64,000 bases of DNA from Mobula hypostoma (Eukaryota), in assembly GCF_963921235.1 (NCBI RefSeq), contig NC_086108.1, positions 58,220,001-58,284,000 on the forward strand, read 5' to 3'. The position numbers and the translations under genes are program-made. This document shows, one piece after another, positions 1 to 14,485 of this stretch; within the stretch, counting starts at the first letter, position 1, and the number at the start of each line of letters is the position of its first letter. The notes below the pieces were generated by a model. It was not told where the DNA came from and searched no databases. It saw nothing but the letters and a program-made list of their open reading frames with translations.

Positions 1-540
1 TCTCTGGCTAATTTGTATGCTACTTCTTTGGAATTGATACTATCCCTAATTTCTCTTGTCAGCCACGGGTGCACTACCTTCCTTGATTTATTCTTTTGCC
101 AAACTGGGATGAACAATTGTTGTAGTTCATCCATGCAACCTTTAAATGCCTGCCATTGCATATCCACCGTCAATCCTTGAAGTGTCATTTGCCAGTCTAT
201 CTTAGCTAATTCATGTCTCATACCTTCAAAGTTACCCCTCTTTAAGTTCAGAACCTTTGTTTCTGAATTAACTACGTCACTCTCCATGTTAATGAAGAAT
301 TCCACCATATTATGGTCACTCTTACCCAAGGGGCCTCTCACGACAAGATCGCTAATTAACCCTTCCTCATTGCTCAAAACCCAGTCCAGAATAGCCTGCT
401 CTCTAGTCGGTTCCTCGACATGTTGGTTCAAAAAACCATCCCGCATACATTCCAAGAAATCCTCTTCCTCAGCACCTTTACCAATTTGGTTCACCCAGTC
501 TACATGTAGATTGAAGTCACCCATTATAACTGCTGTTCCT
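1..540 (-). mobile_element. CR1-type LINE, 5'-truncated in the endonuclease domain, runs off window start
   Basis: Minus-strand translation TAVIMGDFNLHVDW...FLECMRDGFLNQHVEEPTREQAILD, typical of CR1 ORF2. Confidence 0.85.
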
Positions 541-2514
541 GAAGACAAATATAAAATTTGATTGGAAGGTGACACAAGCAGAGATGACAACTTTACAGTA
601 ATGGCTAGAGTTTCTGGGAGCAATATGGAAGGTGCAAGATAGATACATCCCGAAGTAGTAGTGGTATTCTAAAGGCAAGATAATACAACTGTAGCTAACA
701 AGAGAAGTCAAAGACAACATAAAAGCAAGAGAGTGCATAGAGCAAAAATTAGTGGGAAGTTAGAGGATCGGGAAGCTTTTAAAAACTAACAAAAAGGCAA
801 CTAAAAAAGCCAGTTTTTTTTTTAGGTATATAAAGAGTAAAAGAGGGATGAGAGTAGATATCGGACCGTTGGAAAATTTCACTGGAGAGGTAGTAATGGG
901 GGACAAGGAAATGACAGATGAACTAAATATGTCTTCACTGTGAAAGACACCAGCAGTATGCTAGAAGTTCAATAGCGTCAGAAGGCAGATGTAAGTGCAG
1001 TTGTTATTACTATGGAGAAGGTGCCTGAGAAGCTGAAAGGTCCAAAGGTAGATAAGTCACCTGGACCAGATAGACTACACCCCACGGTTCTGAAAGAAGT
1101 ACTGAAGAGATTGTGGAGGCATTAGTAATGATATTTCAAGTATCAATAGATTCTGGAATGGTTCTAGGGGACTGGAAAATTGCAAATGTCACCCCACTCT
1201 TCAAGGAGGGAGGGAGGCAGAAGAAAGGATATTACAGGCCATTTAGCCTGATCTCAGTGCATGGCAAGATGTTGGAGTCCATTATTAATGTTGAGGTTTT
1301 GGGGTACTTGGAAGCACATAATTTTTTTTTAAAGGCTTAAGTCAGCATGGCTTCCTTAAGGGAAAATCTTGCTTGACAAATCTGTTGGAATTCCTTAAAG
1401 AAATAACAAGCAGCATAGACAAAGGATAGAGGATTGGCTGATTGGCAGGAGGCAAAGAGTGGCAATAAAGGGAACCTTTTCTGGTTGGCTGCCAGTGACT
1501 AATGGTATTCCGCAGGGATCAGTGTTGGGACCGCTTCTTTTCATATTATACATCAATGATTTTGATGACGGAATTGATGGCTTTGTGGCCAAGTTTGAGG
1601 ATGAAAGGTGCAGGAGCAGGTAGTGTTGAGGAAACAGGGAGGGTGCCAAAGGCCTTAGACAGATTAGGAGAATGGGCAAAGAAATGGCAGATGGAATACA
1701 GTGTCAGGAAGTGTATGATCATGCACTTTGGCAGAAGAAATAAAAGCATAGACTATTTTCTAAACAGGGAGAGAGAACATACAAAAATCAGAGGTGCAAA
1801 GGGACTTGGGAGTCCTTGTGCAGGATCCTTTAAAGGTTAACTTACAAGTTGAGTCAGTGGTGAGGAAGGAAAGTGCAATGTTAGCACTCATTTCGTGAGG
1901 ACTAGAATATGAAAACAAGGATGTAATGCTGAGGCTTTATAAGACACTGGTGAGTATAATGAGCAGTTCTGGGCCCCTTATTTAAGAAAGGATTTGCTGA
2001 CATTGGAGAGGATCAGAGGAGATTCGTGAGAATTAGTCTGGGAATGCAAGGGTCATCGCATGAGAAGCATTTGATGGCTCTGGGCCTGTATTCACTGCAA
2101 TTTAGAAGAATGAGGGGAGATTTCATTGAAACCTATTAAATGTTGAAAGGCCTAGATAGAGTAGATGGAGAGGATGTTCCCTACGTGTGAGGGAGTCTAG
2201 GACTGGAGGGCACAGTCTCAGAACAGAGGATTGTCCATTTAGAACAGAAGTGAGGAGGAATATCTTTAGCCACAGGGTGGTGTATCTGTGGAATTTGTTG
2301 CCACAGGTGGCTGTGGAGGCCAGGTCATTGGGTGTATTTTAGACAGAGGTTAATAGGTTCTCGATTACTCAGTACATGGAAGGTTAAGGGAAGAAGGCAG
2401 GAGAAAGGGATTGAGAGGGAAAATGGATCAGCCATGATGAAATGGTGAAGCAGACTCAATGGGCTGCATGACCTAATGCTGCCTATGATCTAAGTCTTAT
2501 GGTCTTGTGTCTTA
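541..2514 (+). mobile_element. Degraded CR1-type LINE (RT region to 3' tail)
   Basis: Fragments DWKIANVTPLFK, GIPQGSVLGP, WAKKWQMEY with many stops; 3' end TCTTATGGTCTT repeat tail. Confidence 0.88.
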
Positions 2515-2516
2515 AA

Positions 2517-3340
2517 ACTACAGATGCAGAAATCTGAAAAAACTCAGCAAATCAGACTACATCTGTAGAAAAAGAAACAGCTAACTTTTCAGATCCAAGA
2601 ACCTCCATCAAAGCACGGAGACATTAGCCTAGGTATCTTGATAAAGTCAGATGTTAAGAAACATTTAAGCTCCTTCTTCTGTGTATTGTGTTGAAAATGC
2701 CAGTAAAATGTTGTATATTCTGGCCTACATATGTCTGACAGACCAGAATATACAAAGGAAAGAGAAGGAGGGATGAATGTCAAAAATGGCCAGTCAATAC
2801 AAACAGTTATGAAAAAGCCAGATATCCAGAGTTGAGTCTTGCAAGCTGCAATGAGCCCAGACAAAAGATGAGTTGTTCCTCAGGCTTGTATTGGGCCACA
2901 GATGGAGAGTTGAGTGGTGCTGGTTTGGTGAATTAAAACTATAGCCTCAGAGTCACTCCTGTGAACTGAATGCAGATACTCCACAAAGTGATCCCCAATT
3001 CGTGTTTTGTTTCTCTAATGCAGAGCAGGGCATGCTGTAACACTGTATGTAGCACATGAGACTAAGTGCAAGTGAATCACTGCTTCACCTGCAAGGACAT
3101 TTGGGATCCGTGGATGGCGGAAGGGAAGCAGTCTTAGGACAGGCGATACAACTCGTCCAGTTACACCTTAACTTGCCATCTGATAATGAGCAGTAGACTG
3201 AGACAGAAGAGCAGAGCAGGGAGTATCAAATAAGGAACCCCACTGAAATACCAAAAGGGAAGTCAAGTAAGAGTTTGGTAGTGAAATCTTACTGGGGTTG
3301 TCAGAAATTGCAAAGGTTGATAGACTAGAAGGTGGGGACT
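2517..3340 (-). mobile_element. Degraded Penelope-like element: GIY-YIG endonuclease remnant plus terminal repeat
   Basis: Minus strand near 2970-3110 reads QVKQ*FTCT...LLCIRETKHELGDHFVEYL, resembling Penelope LLYIGETKRRLGDRFVEHL. 2519-2612 resembles the terminal repeat at 28210-28390. Confidence 0.65.
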
Positions 3341-3359
3341 GAGCATCCCGTTCTTGCTT

Positions 3360-4200
3360 TGCAGTTCTTGCTAGCTTTCTTCCATAATCTGTTTATCTTT
3401 TTCTAAAAGTCATCTTTCGCTGATTTCTATAATTTTCCATAATCTTCATGGCTACCATTAATCTTTCCAACAATGGGTGATTTTATTTTCAATTTGATAT
3501 AATTCTTTCTTTAATTAATCATCACTTGATTTATTTTCTTTTAATCTTTTTCTCTCAAAAGAATACATCTTTGTTGAGACTCAAAACATCTCTCCTTAAA
3601 TATCTGCCACTACTTATGTACTGTCTTACCTATTAGTCAATTTTTCCAGTCTGCTTAGCCAACTCTGCCTTCATATATTTTAATTATCCTTATTTAAATG
3701 TAAGGCATCTGTACAGCCCAAGTTCATCACTATCAAATTGAAAATAAAATGCTATCCTGTTACACTCACTCTCTCTGAGGGTCCTTTACTATGAGATAAT
3801 TAATCCCTTCTCATTATTCAAACAAATCTATATCAGTCATTATATACCATTTGAAGAATTGTCTCAAAAACACTGCTTCTCAGTACTACTATTACCAATT
3901 TGATTTCTCCAATTATCATAAAGAGGAAGTTTCTAGCAATCCATTATTATCTGATTCACTCTCCGCTCTACTGTTAGGGAACCCAGAGACAGTAACATCA
4001 GTGACAACTTTCCCTTGCTCCTCATCTCTAATCAAACTGATCATTAAACTTGATATGCTTGCTCCTTACAATTCCACTGATTTATTACTAAAAGACCAAT
4101 CACACCATCTTTACCTTTTTGCTTATCCTTCCAAAAAGTAGCTAGAATATTTAATTTCCAGCCACATTTTTTGTATTATCAGGTCATAATGTATATATTT
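3360..4200 (-). mobile_element. Very old CR1 remnant
   Basis: Patchy similarity by eye to the CR1 ORF2 region at 1-540; no ORF. Confidence 0.45.
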
Positions 4201-5068
4201 ATTTCTATTTGTGTATTCAGTGTATTTGTCTTCTTGAGAATGTTGTGTGCATTCAGAAAAAAATTCCCAGTGTTCAATATATATTTACTGGTGCTTTCTA
4301 ATATTTCTACCTCTGCCACACTCTCAATCATAACAAGGCCAAGTGCTAAATAGAAGAACAACACTTTCATACTCCACTTGAGTAACCATGTTCTTTTCCA
4401 CCAATTCATCCAGGTTCTCTCCAACTTTGTTCAGCCTTTCCATTCCTTCCTCCCTTGTTATCAGGACTCATAACTGTTTCCCACCCAGTTTCATTTGCAC
4501 ATTACTCATCCACTTGGGTTTTTACTCTCTTAAAGGTATTCTACCACTTGCTCTCATACCCTTGTCTGTGTCTCATGAAATGAAACACAATCGTTCCACA
4601 CCAGTTATCACCAAGACACACATTTGTGTTGTTGACCCACGCCAATTTGGACAAGGCTCGCATTATTTTAATAGATTATTATGGTCATGGTTCTTCTTTC
4701 TATTTGAGACCCTAGCTGCCTGTATGATCACACCAGTACCTCTTCGTCATTATAATCAATCATTACAACTGTATCTTTTACTTCCACTTTAGTATGAGTA
4801 TGGAGGAGGTATCCTTAACCATAATATCAATATTGCTTCAGGATTCATACAACTTCTAATTCCCTCCAACTGTAGCACAGTGCCATGGTAAGTTTGCTTA
4901 GGTCATTCAAATCCTCTCAAAATGAATCCTAACATTGCACTTACCTTTGGAACTAATTGATTTGTACTTCATGTCCATAAACTACTGAGATCCCAGATTA
5001 TGCCATAGGTTTTTAAAACCTTTCTAACAAAAAAAAGGGTTCACAGGTAGCAGGTATATTAGACCTAC

Positions 5069-5176
5069 CTAGAAGGGACTCCAGTCAACAAGTTCTTACT
5101 CAAGTTCACACTAACAATGGGAGTTCCATTAGAAGCATCAAATACGTCATCTGGAACAACAGTGGCCTTTTGGTTA
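5069..5176 (-). CDS. LRRC40: LRRC40 internal coding exon (most 3' exon in window), 108 bp
   Basis: tttctgacccag|TAACCAAAAG...CCTTCTAG|gtagg. (C)NQKATVVPDDVFDASNGTPIVSVNLSKNLLTGVPS matches recalled [35 protein letters not shown]. Phase 2 in and out. Confidence 0.92.
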
Positions 5177-5724
5177 CTGGGTCAGAAAGAAGAATGATGT
5201 TTAGTTACTGAAAGGGTTTAAGTCAAACAATAAAAATAATAAAGTTACTTCTGGGAATAAATAAATCAATTCTATATACGTAATACATCATGCTTAGGTC
5301 CATAAATCTTTGGCTTAAGTAAAGGTGCTCTCATATAACAGTTAAACTGTTGAAATACATAAATAATTGACGTTTTCAAATATCAGAAAGGCTTCCTAAA
5401 AAAGATACAACATGCTTAAATTACCTGTAGCAATCTAGAGAGCACAGAATGAGCTTTGAGATCCCATATCTAGGAGGCCATATCTTATTTGTTTCAAGGA
5501 TCATCACTTGCAAAATTCACTACATTTTAAATATGTAAATTACAAGCTTATTCAGGAAAACACTGGTGGATTCATCTAAACCAGTAAGTTGGAAATGTTG
5601 CTCAGCTTTCTCTGACGTCTGTTTTAAATGATTATAAGGTACAACAAATATTTTCATATTTATTAAAATACGCATCAGAATTGAATGATTTTGATAAATT
5701 AAAGTTCCTGGAAACAACGCACAT

Positions 5725-7930
5725 CACTAATATCCTAGAGGGTGTGGTTGCTGGTACTGCATTGGGGGCAGGGGGTTAAACTAGAGTTGTAGAGGAATGG
5801 GAATCAGAGTGCCAGAATAGATAGTGGAGAGATTGTGGAGATAAGAGTGGGAGGGATTAAAGGAGGAGGGGTGGCATTACTAGTCAGGGAAAATGTTACC
5901 ACAGAAGACCCAACAAGAGAGTGTGCAAATTTTGATCTCCCGTTAGGGATTGAGACAGGGCAGGTGACCGAACTTTGTGAAGGGAAACACTTTGCATCTA
6001 GTAATCATTATGCCATTAGTTTCAATATAATTATGGAAAAGGATAGGTCTGATCCTTGGGTTGAGATTCTAACTTGGAGAAAAGCCATTTTTGATGGTAT
6101 CAGAAAGGGTCTGCAAGTGTGAATTCAGACAGGTTATTTTCTGGCAAAGGTGTACTTAGGAAGTGGGAGGCCTTCAAAATGAAATTTTGAGAATACAAAA
6201 TGTATATGTCTGTCAGAACAAGACAAGGATAGCAGGTTTAGGGAACCTTGGTTTGAGAGAGATATTTAGGCCCTGCTAAAGGATAAGAAAGGTTCAATGG
6301 AAGTATAGGCAGGTAGGAACAAATGAGGTACTTGAGGACAAGAAATGCAAGAGAACACTTCAGAAAGAAATCACGAAGACTAAAAGAAGGCATGAGTTGG
6401 CTCTAGCAGTCAAGGTAAATGAGAATATTAAGGGCTTCTGCAGATTACGAGGGACAAAATTGGTCCTCTGGAAGATCAGAATGGTAATCTATGTGTGAAA
6501 CCAAAAGAGATGAGGGAGATGTTAAATGCATTTTTTTTCCATCTGTATTTACTCAATACAGGACACAGAATCTACAGAAGTGAGGTAAAGCAGCAGCAAG
6601 GTCATGGACCCTGTACAGATTACAGGGGAGGTGGTGTTTGCTGTCTTGAGGCAAATTAGGGTGGATAAATCCCTAGGGCCTGACTGGACGTTCCCTCGGA
6701 GCCTGTGGGAGGCAAGTGCAGTAACAGGTGAGGTACTGAAAGATTGGAGGATAGCCAATATTGTTCCGCTGTTTAAGAAAGGGTCTAAAAATAAAACTGG
6801 AAATTATAGGCCAGTAAACCTCACATCAATAGTAGGAAAGTTACTGGAAGGTATTCTAAGGGACTGGATATATAAGTATTTGGTAGACAGACTGATTAGC
6901 AATAGTCAGCATGACTTTGTTTCACAGGTTGTGTTTGACAAATCTTATATAGTTTTTCGTGGAAGTTACCAGGAACCTTGATGATAGCAAGATGGGGATA
7001 TTGTCTACATGGGCTTCAGCAAGGCATTTGACAAGGTCCCGCATGGGAGGTTGGTCAAGAAGGTTCAGTCACTTTACATTCAAGATAAGGTAATATATTG
7101 AATTAGATATTGGCTTTTGGGAGAAGCCAGAGAGTGGTAGTAGATGGTTGTCTCTCTGACTGGAGGCCTGTAAGTAGTGGCGTGCCGCAAGGATTGGCGC
7201 CGGATCCGTTTTGTTTGTCATCTATATCGACGATCTGCATGATAATATAATCAACTGGTACAGCAAATTTGTGGATAACACCAAGATTGGGAGGTCTAAT
7301 GAACAGCAAGGAAGTCTATCAAAGCTTGCAGCGGGATCTGGACCAGCTGGAATATTGGGCTGAAAAATGGCTGATGGAATTTAATGCAGACAAGTGTAAG
7401 GTGTCGCACTTCGGTAAGGCCAAGTCTTAAACAGTGAACGGTAGGGCTCTGAGGAGTGTGGTAGAACAAAGGGATCTAGGAATACAGGTCTATAATCCAT
7501 TGAAAGTGGCATCTCATGTAGATAGGGTCATAAAGAAAGAGTTTGGCATATTGGCCTTCATAGATTGAGGTATTGAGTACAGGAGTTGGGATGTTATGTT
7601 GAAGTTATATAAGACGTTGGTGAGACCTATTTTGCAGTATTGTGTGCAGTTTTCTTCACTTCCTACAGGAAAGATGTAAATAAGATTAAAAGAGTACAGA
7701 AAAAAATGATAAGGATGTTGCTGGGACTGGAGAACCTGAGTTACAAGGAATGATTGAATAGGTTAAAATTTTATTCTCTAGAATGTAGGAAGATTCAGGG
7801 GAGATTTGATAGAGGCATTCAAAATTATGAGGGGTATGAATGGGTAAATGCAAGCAGGCTTTTCCCACTAACCTCTACAACTCGAAGTCATGGTTAAGGG
7901 TTAAAGGTGAAATGTTTAAGGGGAACATTG
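5725..7930 (+). mobile_element. Degraded CR1 LINE with internal deletions
   Basis: GGGVALLVREN, DWRIANIVPLFKKG...NYRPVNLTSIVGKLLE and C-terminal ORF2 fragments. Confidence 0.85.
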
Positions 7931-10900
7931 GAGAGATCAGAAGCTTGAGAGGATGTAATTGATTCAGGTTCGCTAACTGTTTACTAAAGGCAGCGACTCG
8001 CGGCAGTTATGGAGCTTTGAGCATTGATTAGCAAGAACAAATTAAAGTAAGGCAGGGACGAAAGGAGTGGTTATCGTTGGAGTAGACAGAGTTAGAATGG
8101 AGCTTTTGAGGCTTTAGCTCTTTGAGGTTTTAGTGAGGAGAGGCTTCTGTCAGAGAAGGCAAAAAAAAGCTGTAGGTAGAGTTTTTAATCCCTCCTCCCC
8201 TTCTTAACACTTGTTCAGTTAGAACAGTAAAGATGCCAGGCAGGATAATGGAATGCTCCTCTTGCAGGATGTGACAACTACACCTGCGAGAAGTGCACCT
8301 AGCTGCAGCTTCTAACGCTCCTTGCTCAGGAGATGAAGCTGGAACTGGATGAACTTCAGATTATTAGAGAGGCTGAGGGTGCGATAGATAGAACATAGAG
8401 AGAGGTAGTTACACTCAAGATACAGAACGCAGGAAACTGGGGGACAGTCAGGAAGGGGATGAGGTTAAACAGACAGTGCAAAGTACCCTGTGGCCATCCC
8501 CCTCAACAAAAGAAATATTACTTTGGATACTGTTGGGCAGGGATGACCTAGCAGAGGAAAGTCACAACGGTCGGGTCTCTGGCACAAGTCTGACTGTGAT
8601 TCAGAAAGGAAGGGAAGAGAAAAGGTAAGCTATGGCGATAGGGGATTCGTTAGTTAAGGAAACAGAACCTCTGTGAGCAAGAACGAGATTCCTGGTTTGC
8701 ATTTTCCTTCCCTGGTGCCAGGGTCTGGGACATCTCTGATCGAGTCTTCAGTATTCTTCAACGGGAGGGTGAACTAGCAGATGTCATGGTCCATGTAGGT
8801 ACCAATGACATGGGTAGGAAGAGTGATGAGGTTCTGCACAGGGAGTTCAGGGGTGTTAAGTTAGAGGGCAGGACCTCCAGGGTTGAGATTTCAGGATTGC
8901 TACCCATGTTGTCTGTTAGTGCGGCCAGAAACAGGAAGATTATAAAGTTTAACTCATGACTACAGAGTTGGTGTAGGAGGAAGGGCATAAGATTTTTGGA
9001 TCATTAGGGTCCCTTCCAGGGAAGGTGGAACATATACAGAAGAGTCATTTTGTATCTGAACTGGAAGGGGACTAATATCCTAGTGGGAATGTTTGTTAAT
9101 GCTGCAAGGTTGCGTTTAAACTAGAGTTGCAGGGGGATGGGAACCAGAATGCCAGAACAGTTTGTGGAGAGATTGTGTAGACAGATGTTGCTAAGACCTC
9201 AGACAAAGTCAGGAATCAAAAGATTGAGCATGCTGCATATATTTCAATGCACATAGTATCATAGGAAAGGTGGATGAGCTCAGGGCATGGATCAACACTT
9301 GGAATTATGATATTATAGCCATTAGTGAGACTTGGTTGCAGGAGGGACAGTACTGGCAGCTCAATATTCTGGGGTTCTGTTGTTTTAGATGTGACAGGGC
9401 GAGAGAGATTAAAAGAGGAGGGGTGGTATTACTAGTCAGGGAAAATGTCATGGCATTGTTCCGTCAGGCCAGACTGGAGAACTTATCCAGTGAAGCATTA
9501 TGGGAGAACTGAGAAATAAGACAGGTATGACCATATTAATGGTGATACATGACAGACCATCCAACAGTCTGAGGGATTTAGAGGAACAAATTTGTAAAGA
9601 GATCACAGACTGTTGCAAGAAACAGAATGTTGTTAGGTAGGTGATTTTAAACTTTCCACATGTTGCCTGGGAAACCCATACTGTAAAAGGACTAGATGGG
9701 ATAGATGTGTTCAGAAAAGTTTCCTTAATCAGTACGTAGAAATCCCAACAAGAGAGTGTGCGATACTTGATCTGCTATTAGGAAATGAAACAGGGCAGGT
9801 GACAGAAGATTGTGTAGGGGAACACTTTGCATATGGTGATCACAATGCACAATAAATAAATATGGAAAATGATAGGTCTGATCTGCGAATTGAGATTCTA
9901 AATTGCAGAAAGTCTAATTTTGATGGTATCAGAAATGATCTGGCAAGTGTAATTGGAACAGTCTGTTTTCTGGCAAAGATGCACTTGGTAAGTGGGAGGC
10001 CTTCAGAAGTGAAATATTGAAAATACAAACCTTGTATGTGCCTGTCAGAATAAAAGGTAAAGATAACAAGTATAGGGAACCTGGGTTTGCAAGAGATATT
10101 GAGGCTCCGATTAAGAAAACAAATGCAGGTACATAGCAAGTATAGGCAGGTAGCAACAAATGAGGTGCTTATGGAGTATAAGATATGCAAGAGAACACTT
10201 GAGAAAAAAATCAGGAGGGCTAAAAGGCAGCATGAAATTGCCCTAGCAAACAAGGTGAAGGGGATTCCAAGGGCTTCTACAAATATGTTAAGAGCAAAAG
10301 AATTGCAAGGAACAAAACTGGTCTTCTGGAAGATCAAAATGGTAATCCATATGTGGAGCCAAAAAAGATGGGGTGGATCTTCAATAATTTTTTTGCATCT
10401 GTATTTACTCAGGAGATGGACACAGTTTATAGAAGTGAGGCAAAGCAGCATCATGGGCCCTGTACAGATTACAGAGGAGGTGGTGTTTGCTGTTATGCGT
10501 CGACTCGGGGATCTAAAGCCCCAGGGCCTGACAAGGTGTTCTCTCGAACCTTACGGAAGGCAAATGCAGAAACTGCAAGTGCTGTAGCAGAGATATTTAA
10601 ATCATCCTTAGAGGCAGGGGAGTTACCAGAGGATTGGAGGATAGCCAAGGTTTTTCCATTGTATAAGAAAGGCTCTAAACATAAACCAGGAAATTATAGG
10701 CCGGTGAGTCTAACATCGGTTGTGGGAAAGTTATTGGAAGGTATTCTAAGAGACCAGATTTCTGAGTATTTGTATAGATAGACTGATTAAAGGATAATCA
10801 GGATGGCTTGGTGTGGGAAGGTCATGTCTAACCAATCTAATAAGAGTTTTTGAAGGAAGTTACTAGGAAAGTAAATGAAGGCACGGCAGTGAATGTTGTC

Positions 10901-13900
10901 TACATGTTGTCAAAGCATTTAACAAAATCCCACATGGGATGTTGGTCAAGAAAGTTCAGTCATTTGGCATTCAAGATGAGGTTATAAATTAAATTAGGCT
11001 TAGCTTTGTGGAAGAAACCAGAGAGTGGTAGCAGATGATTGCCCCTCTGACTGGAGGCCTGTGACTTGTGGAGTGCCACAGGAATCATAGAAACCATAGA
11101 AACTACAGCACAGAAACAGGCCTTTTGGCCCTTCTTGGCTGTGCCAAACCATTTTCTGCCTAGTCCCACTGGCCTGCACACGGACCATATCCCTCCATAC
11201 ACCTCCCATCCATGTATCTGTCCAATTTATTCTTAAATGTTACAAAAGAACCCGCATTTACCACCTCGTCTGGCAGCTCAATCCATACTCCCACCACTCT
11301 GTGTGAAGAAGCCCCCCCTAATGTTCCCTTTAAACTTTTCCCCCCTCACCCTTAACCCATGTCCTCTGGTTTTTTTCTCCCCTTGCCTCAGTGGAAAAAG
11401 CCTGCTTGCATTCACTCCAACTATACCCATCATAATTTTATATACCTCTATCAAATCTCCCCTCATTCTTCTACACTCCAGGGAATAAAGTCCTAACCTA
11501 TTCAACCTTTCTCTGTAACTGAGTTTCTCAAGTCCCGGCAACATCCTTGTAAACCTTCTCTGCACTCTTTCAACCTTATTTATATCCTTCCTGTAATTTG
11601 GTGACCAAAACTGAACACAATACTCCAGATTCGGCCTCACCAATGCCTTATACAACCTCATCATAACATTCCAGCTCTTATACTCAATACTTGGATTAAT
11701 AAAGGCCAATGTACCAAAAGCTCTCTTTACGACCCTATCTACCTGTGACGACACTTTTAGAGAATTTTGTATCTGTATTCCCAGATCCCTCTGTTCCACT
11801 GCACTCCTCAGTGTCTTACCATTAACCCTGTATGTTCTACGTTGGTTTGTCCTTCCAACGTGCAATACCTCACACGTCAGTATTAAACTCCATCTGCCAT
11901 TTTTCAGCCCATTTTTCCAGCTGGTCCAAGTCCCTCTGCAGGCTCTGAAAACCTTCCTCACTGTCTACTACACCTCCAATCTTTGTATCATCAGCAAACT
12001 TGCTGATCCAATTTACCACATTATCATCCAGATCATTGATATAGATGACAAATAACAATGGACCCAGCACTGATCCCTGTGGCACACCACTAGTCATAGG
12101 CCTCCACTCAGAGAAGCAATTCTCTACCACCACTCTCTGGCTTCTTCCATCAAGCCAATGTCTAATCCAATTTACCACCTCTCCATGTATACCTAGCGAC
12201 TGAATTTTCCTAACTAACCTCCCATGCGGGACCTTGTCAAAGGCGTTACTGAAGTCCATGTAGACAACATCCACTGCCTTCCCTTCATCCACTTTCCTGG
12301 TAACCTCCTCGAAAAACTCCAACAGATTGATCAAACATGACCTACCACGCATAAAGCCATGTTGACTCTCCCTAATAAGCCCCTGTCTATCCAAATGCTT
12401 GTAGATTCTGTCCCTTAGTACTCCCTCCAATAACTTACCTACTACTGACGTTAAACTCACCGGCCTATAATTTCCCGGATTACTTTTCGATCCTTTTTTA
12501 AACAACGGAACAACATGAGCCACTCTCCAATCCTCCGGCACTTCACCCATAGACAGCGACATTTTAAATATTTCTGCCAGGGCCCCTGCAATTTCAACAC
12601 TAGTCTCCTTCAAGGTCCGAGGGAACACTCTGTCAGGTCCCGGAGATTTATCCACCTTAATTTTCCTCAAGACAGCAAGCACCTCCTCCTTTTTAATCTG
12701 TACACTTTCCATGGTCTCACTACTTGATTCCCTCAATTCCATAGATTTCATGCCAATTTCCTTAGTAAATACAGACGCAAAAAACCTATTTAAGATCTCC
12801 CCCATTTCCTTTGGTTCCGCACAAAGCCGACCACTCTGATCTTCAGGAGGACCAATTTTATCCCTTACAATCCTTTTGCTCTTAATATACTTGTAAAAGC
12901 TCTTTGGATTATCCTTCACCTTGACTGCCAAGGCAACCTCATGTCTTCTTTTAGCCGTCCTGATTTCTTTCTTAAGTATTTTCTTGCATTTCTTATACTC
13001 CTCAAGCACCTGATTTACCCCCTGTTTCCTATACATTTCATACAACTCCCTCTTCTTCTTTATCAGAGTTGTAATATCCCTTGAGAACCAAGGTTCCTTA
13101 TTCCTATTCAATTTGCCTTTAATCCTGACAGGAACATACAAACTCTGCACTCTCAAAATTTCCCCTTTGAAGGCTTCCCACCTACCAATCACATCTTTGC
13201 CAGAGAACAACCTGTCCCAATCCACGTTTTTTAGATCCTTTCTCATTTCTTCAAATTTGGCCTTCTTCCAGTTCAGAACCTCAACCCTAGGACCAGATCT
13301 ATCCTTGTCCATGATCAAATTGAAATTAATAGTGTTATGATCACTGGAACCAAAGTGCTCCCCTACACAGACTTCCGTCACTTGCCCTAATTCGTTACCT
13401 AACAGGAGATCCAATATTGCATCCCCTCTAGTTGGTCCCTCTATATATTGATTTAGAAAACTTTCTTGAACACATCTTACAAACTCTAAACCATCTAGAC
13501 CCCTAACAGTATGGGAGTCCCAATCAATGTATGGAAAATTAAAATCCCCTACCACCAGTACTGGGTCTGTTGATCTCTACGTCAATGACATGGATGATAA
13601 CTGAATCAGCAAATTTGTGGACGACACCAAGACCGGTAGTGTAGTGGACAGTGAGAAAGGGTATCATGGCTTGCAGAGCAATCTGCATCAGCTGGAAAAT
13701 TGGGCAGATGGAACTTGATGCCAGACAATTGCACTTCAACAGGACCAACCAGGTGAACGGTACGGAACTGAGGAGTGTGGTAGAACAAAGGGATCTGGGC
13801 ACACGGGCCCATAATTCATTGAAAGTGGCGTCACAGGTAAATAGGGTTGTAAAGAAAGCTTTTGACATATTGGCCTTCATAAATCAATATATTGAGTACA

Positions 13901-14485
13901 GGAGATAAGATGTTATGTTCAAGTTGTATAAGACATTGGTGAGGCCTAATTTGGAGTATTGTATGTAGTTTTGGTCACCTACCTACAGAACAATGTACAT
14001 AAGATTGAAAGAGTACAGAGAAAACTCACAAAGATGTTGTCAGGTCTGGAGGACTGGAGTTATAAGAAAAGATTGAATAGGTTAGGACTTTATTCCTTAG
14101 AACGTAGAAGATTGAGACGAGATTTGACAGAGGTATACTAAATTATGAGGGGTATAGATAGGGTAAATGCAAGCAGGCTTTTTCCACTGAGGTTAAGTGA
14201 CAATACAACTGGAGGTCATGGATTAAGGGTGAAAGGTGAAAAGTTTAAGGGGAATATGAGGGGAAACTTCTTCACTCAGAGGGTCGTGAGAGTGTGGAAT
14301 GAGCTGCCAGCACAAGTGGTGCATGCGGGCTTGATTTCAATGTTTAATCAAAGTTTGGATAGGTACATGGATGGTAAGGGTACGGAGGGCTATGGCTCTG
14401 GTGCAGTTAATGGGAGTAGGCATTTAATAGTTTTGGCAAGGACTAGATGGAGCTGAAGGACCTGTTTCTGTGCTGTTCTTTTTAA
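7931..14485 (+). mobile_element. Degraded near full-length CR1 LINE (ORF1 remnant ~8230-9130, ORF2 from ~9230), split by a younger CR1
   Basis: ORF1 CxxC and GDS/HVGTND esterase-type motifs; ORF2 DIIAISETWL and NYRPVSLTSVVGK. RT motif GVPQ(E)S at 11070-11086 resumes as VLG at 13558. 3' UTR ends ~14485. Confidence 0.85.
11086..13556 (-). mobile_element. Young 5'-truncated CR1 LINE; ORF2 nearly intact (561 aa, frameshift at ~11875)
   Basis: ORFs 11870..13555 and 11278..11961 give contiguous EN-end/RT with QGSVLGP and KFADD. 3' tail TTTCTATGGTTTCTATG on the minus strand. Confidence 0.95.

Noticed and set aside
2578..2614. Second hammerhead in the Penelope remnant (minus strand TTGATGGAGG...GAAAAGTT)
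   Set aside because: The core is mutated (no CUGANGA), so it is a relic only. The same holds for 20700-20848.
3851..4792. Several short ORFs in AT-rich sequence
   Set aside because: Low-complexity frames over decayed repeats, with no splice or homology support.
4940..4980. Strong minus-strand donor-like site (AAG|gtaagt) suggesting the next LRRC40 exon
   Set aside because: The upstream translation (MDMKYKSISSK) does not resemble the expected next LRR segment. That exon probably lies outside the window.
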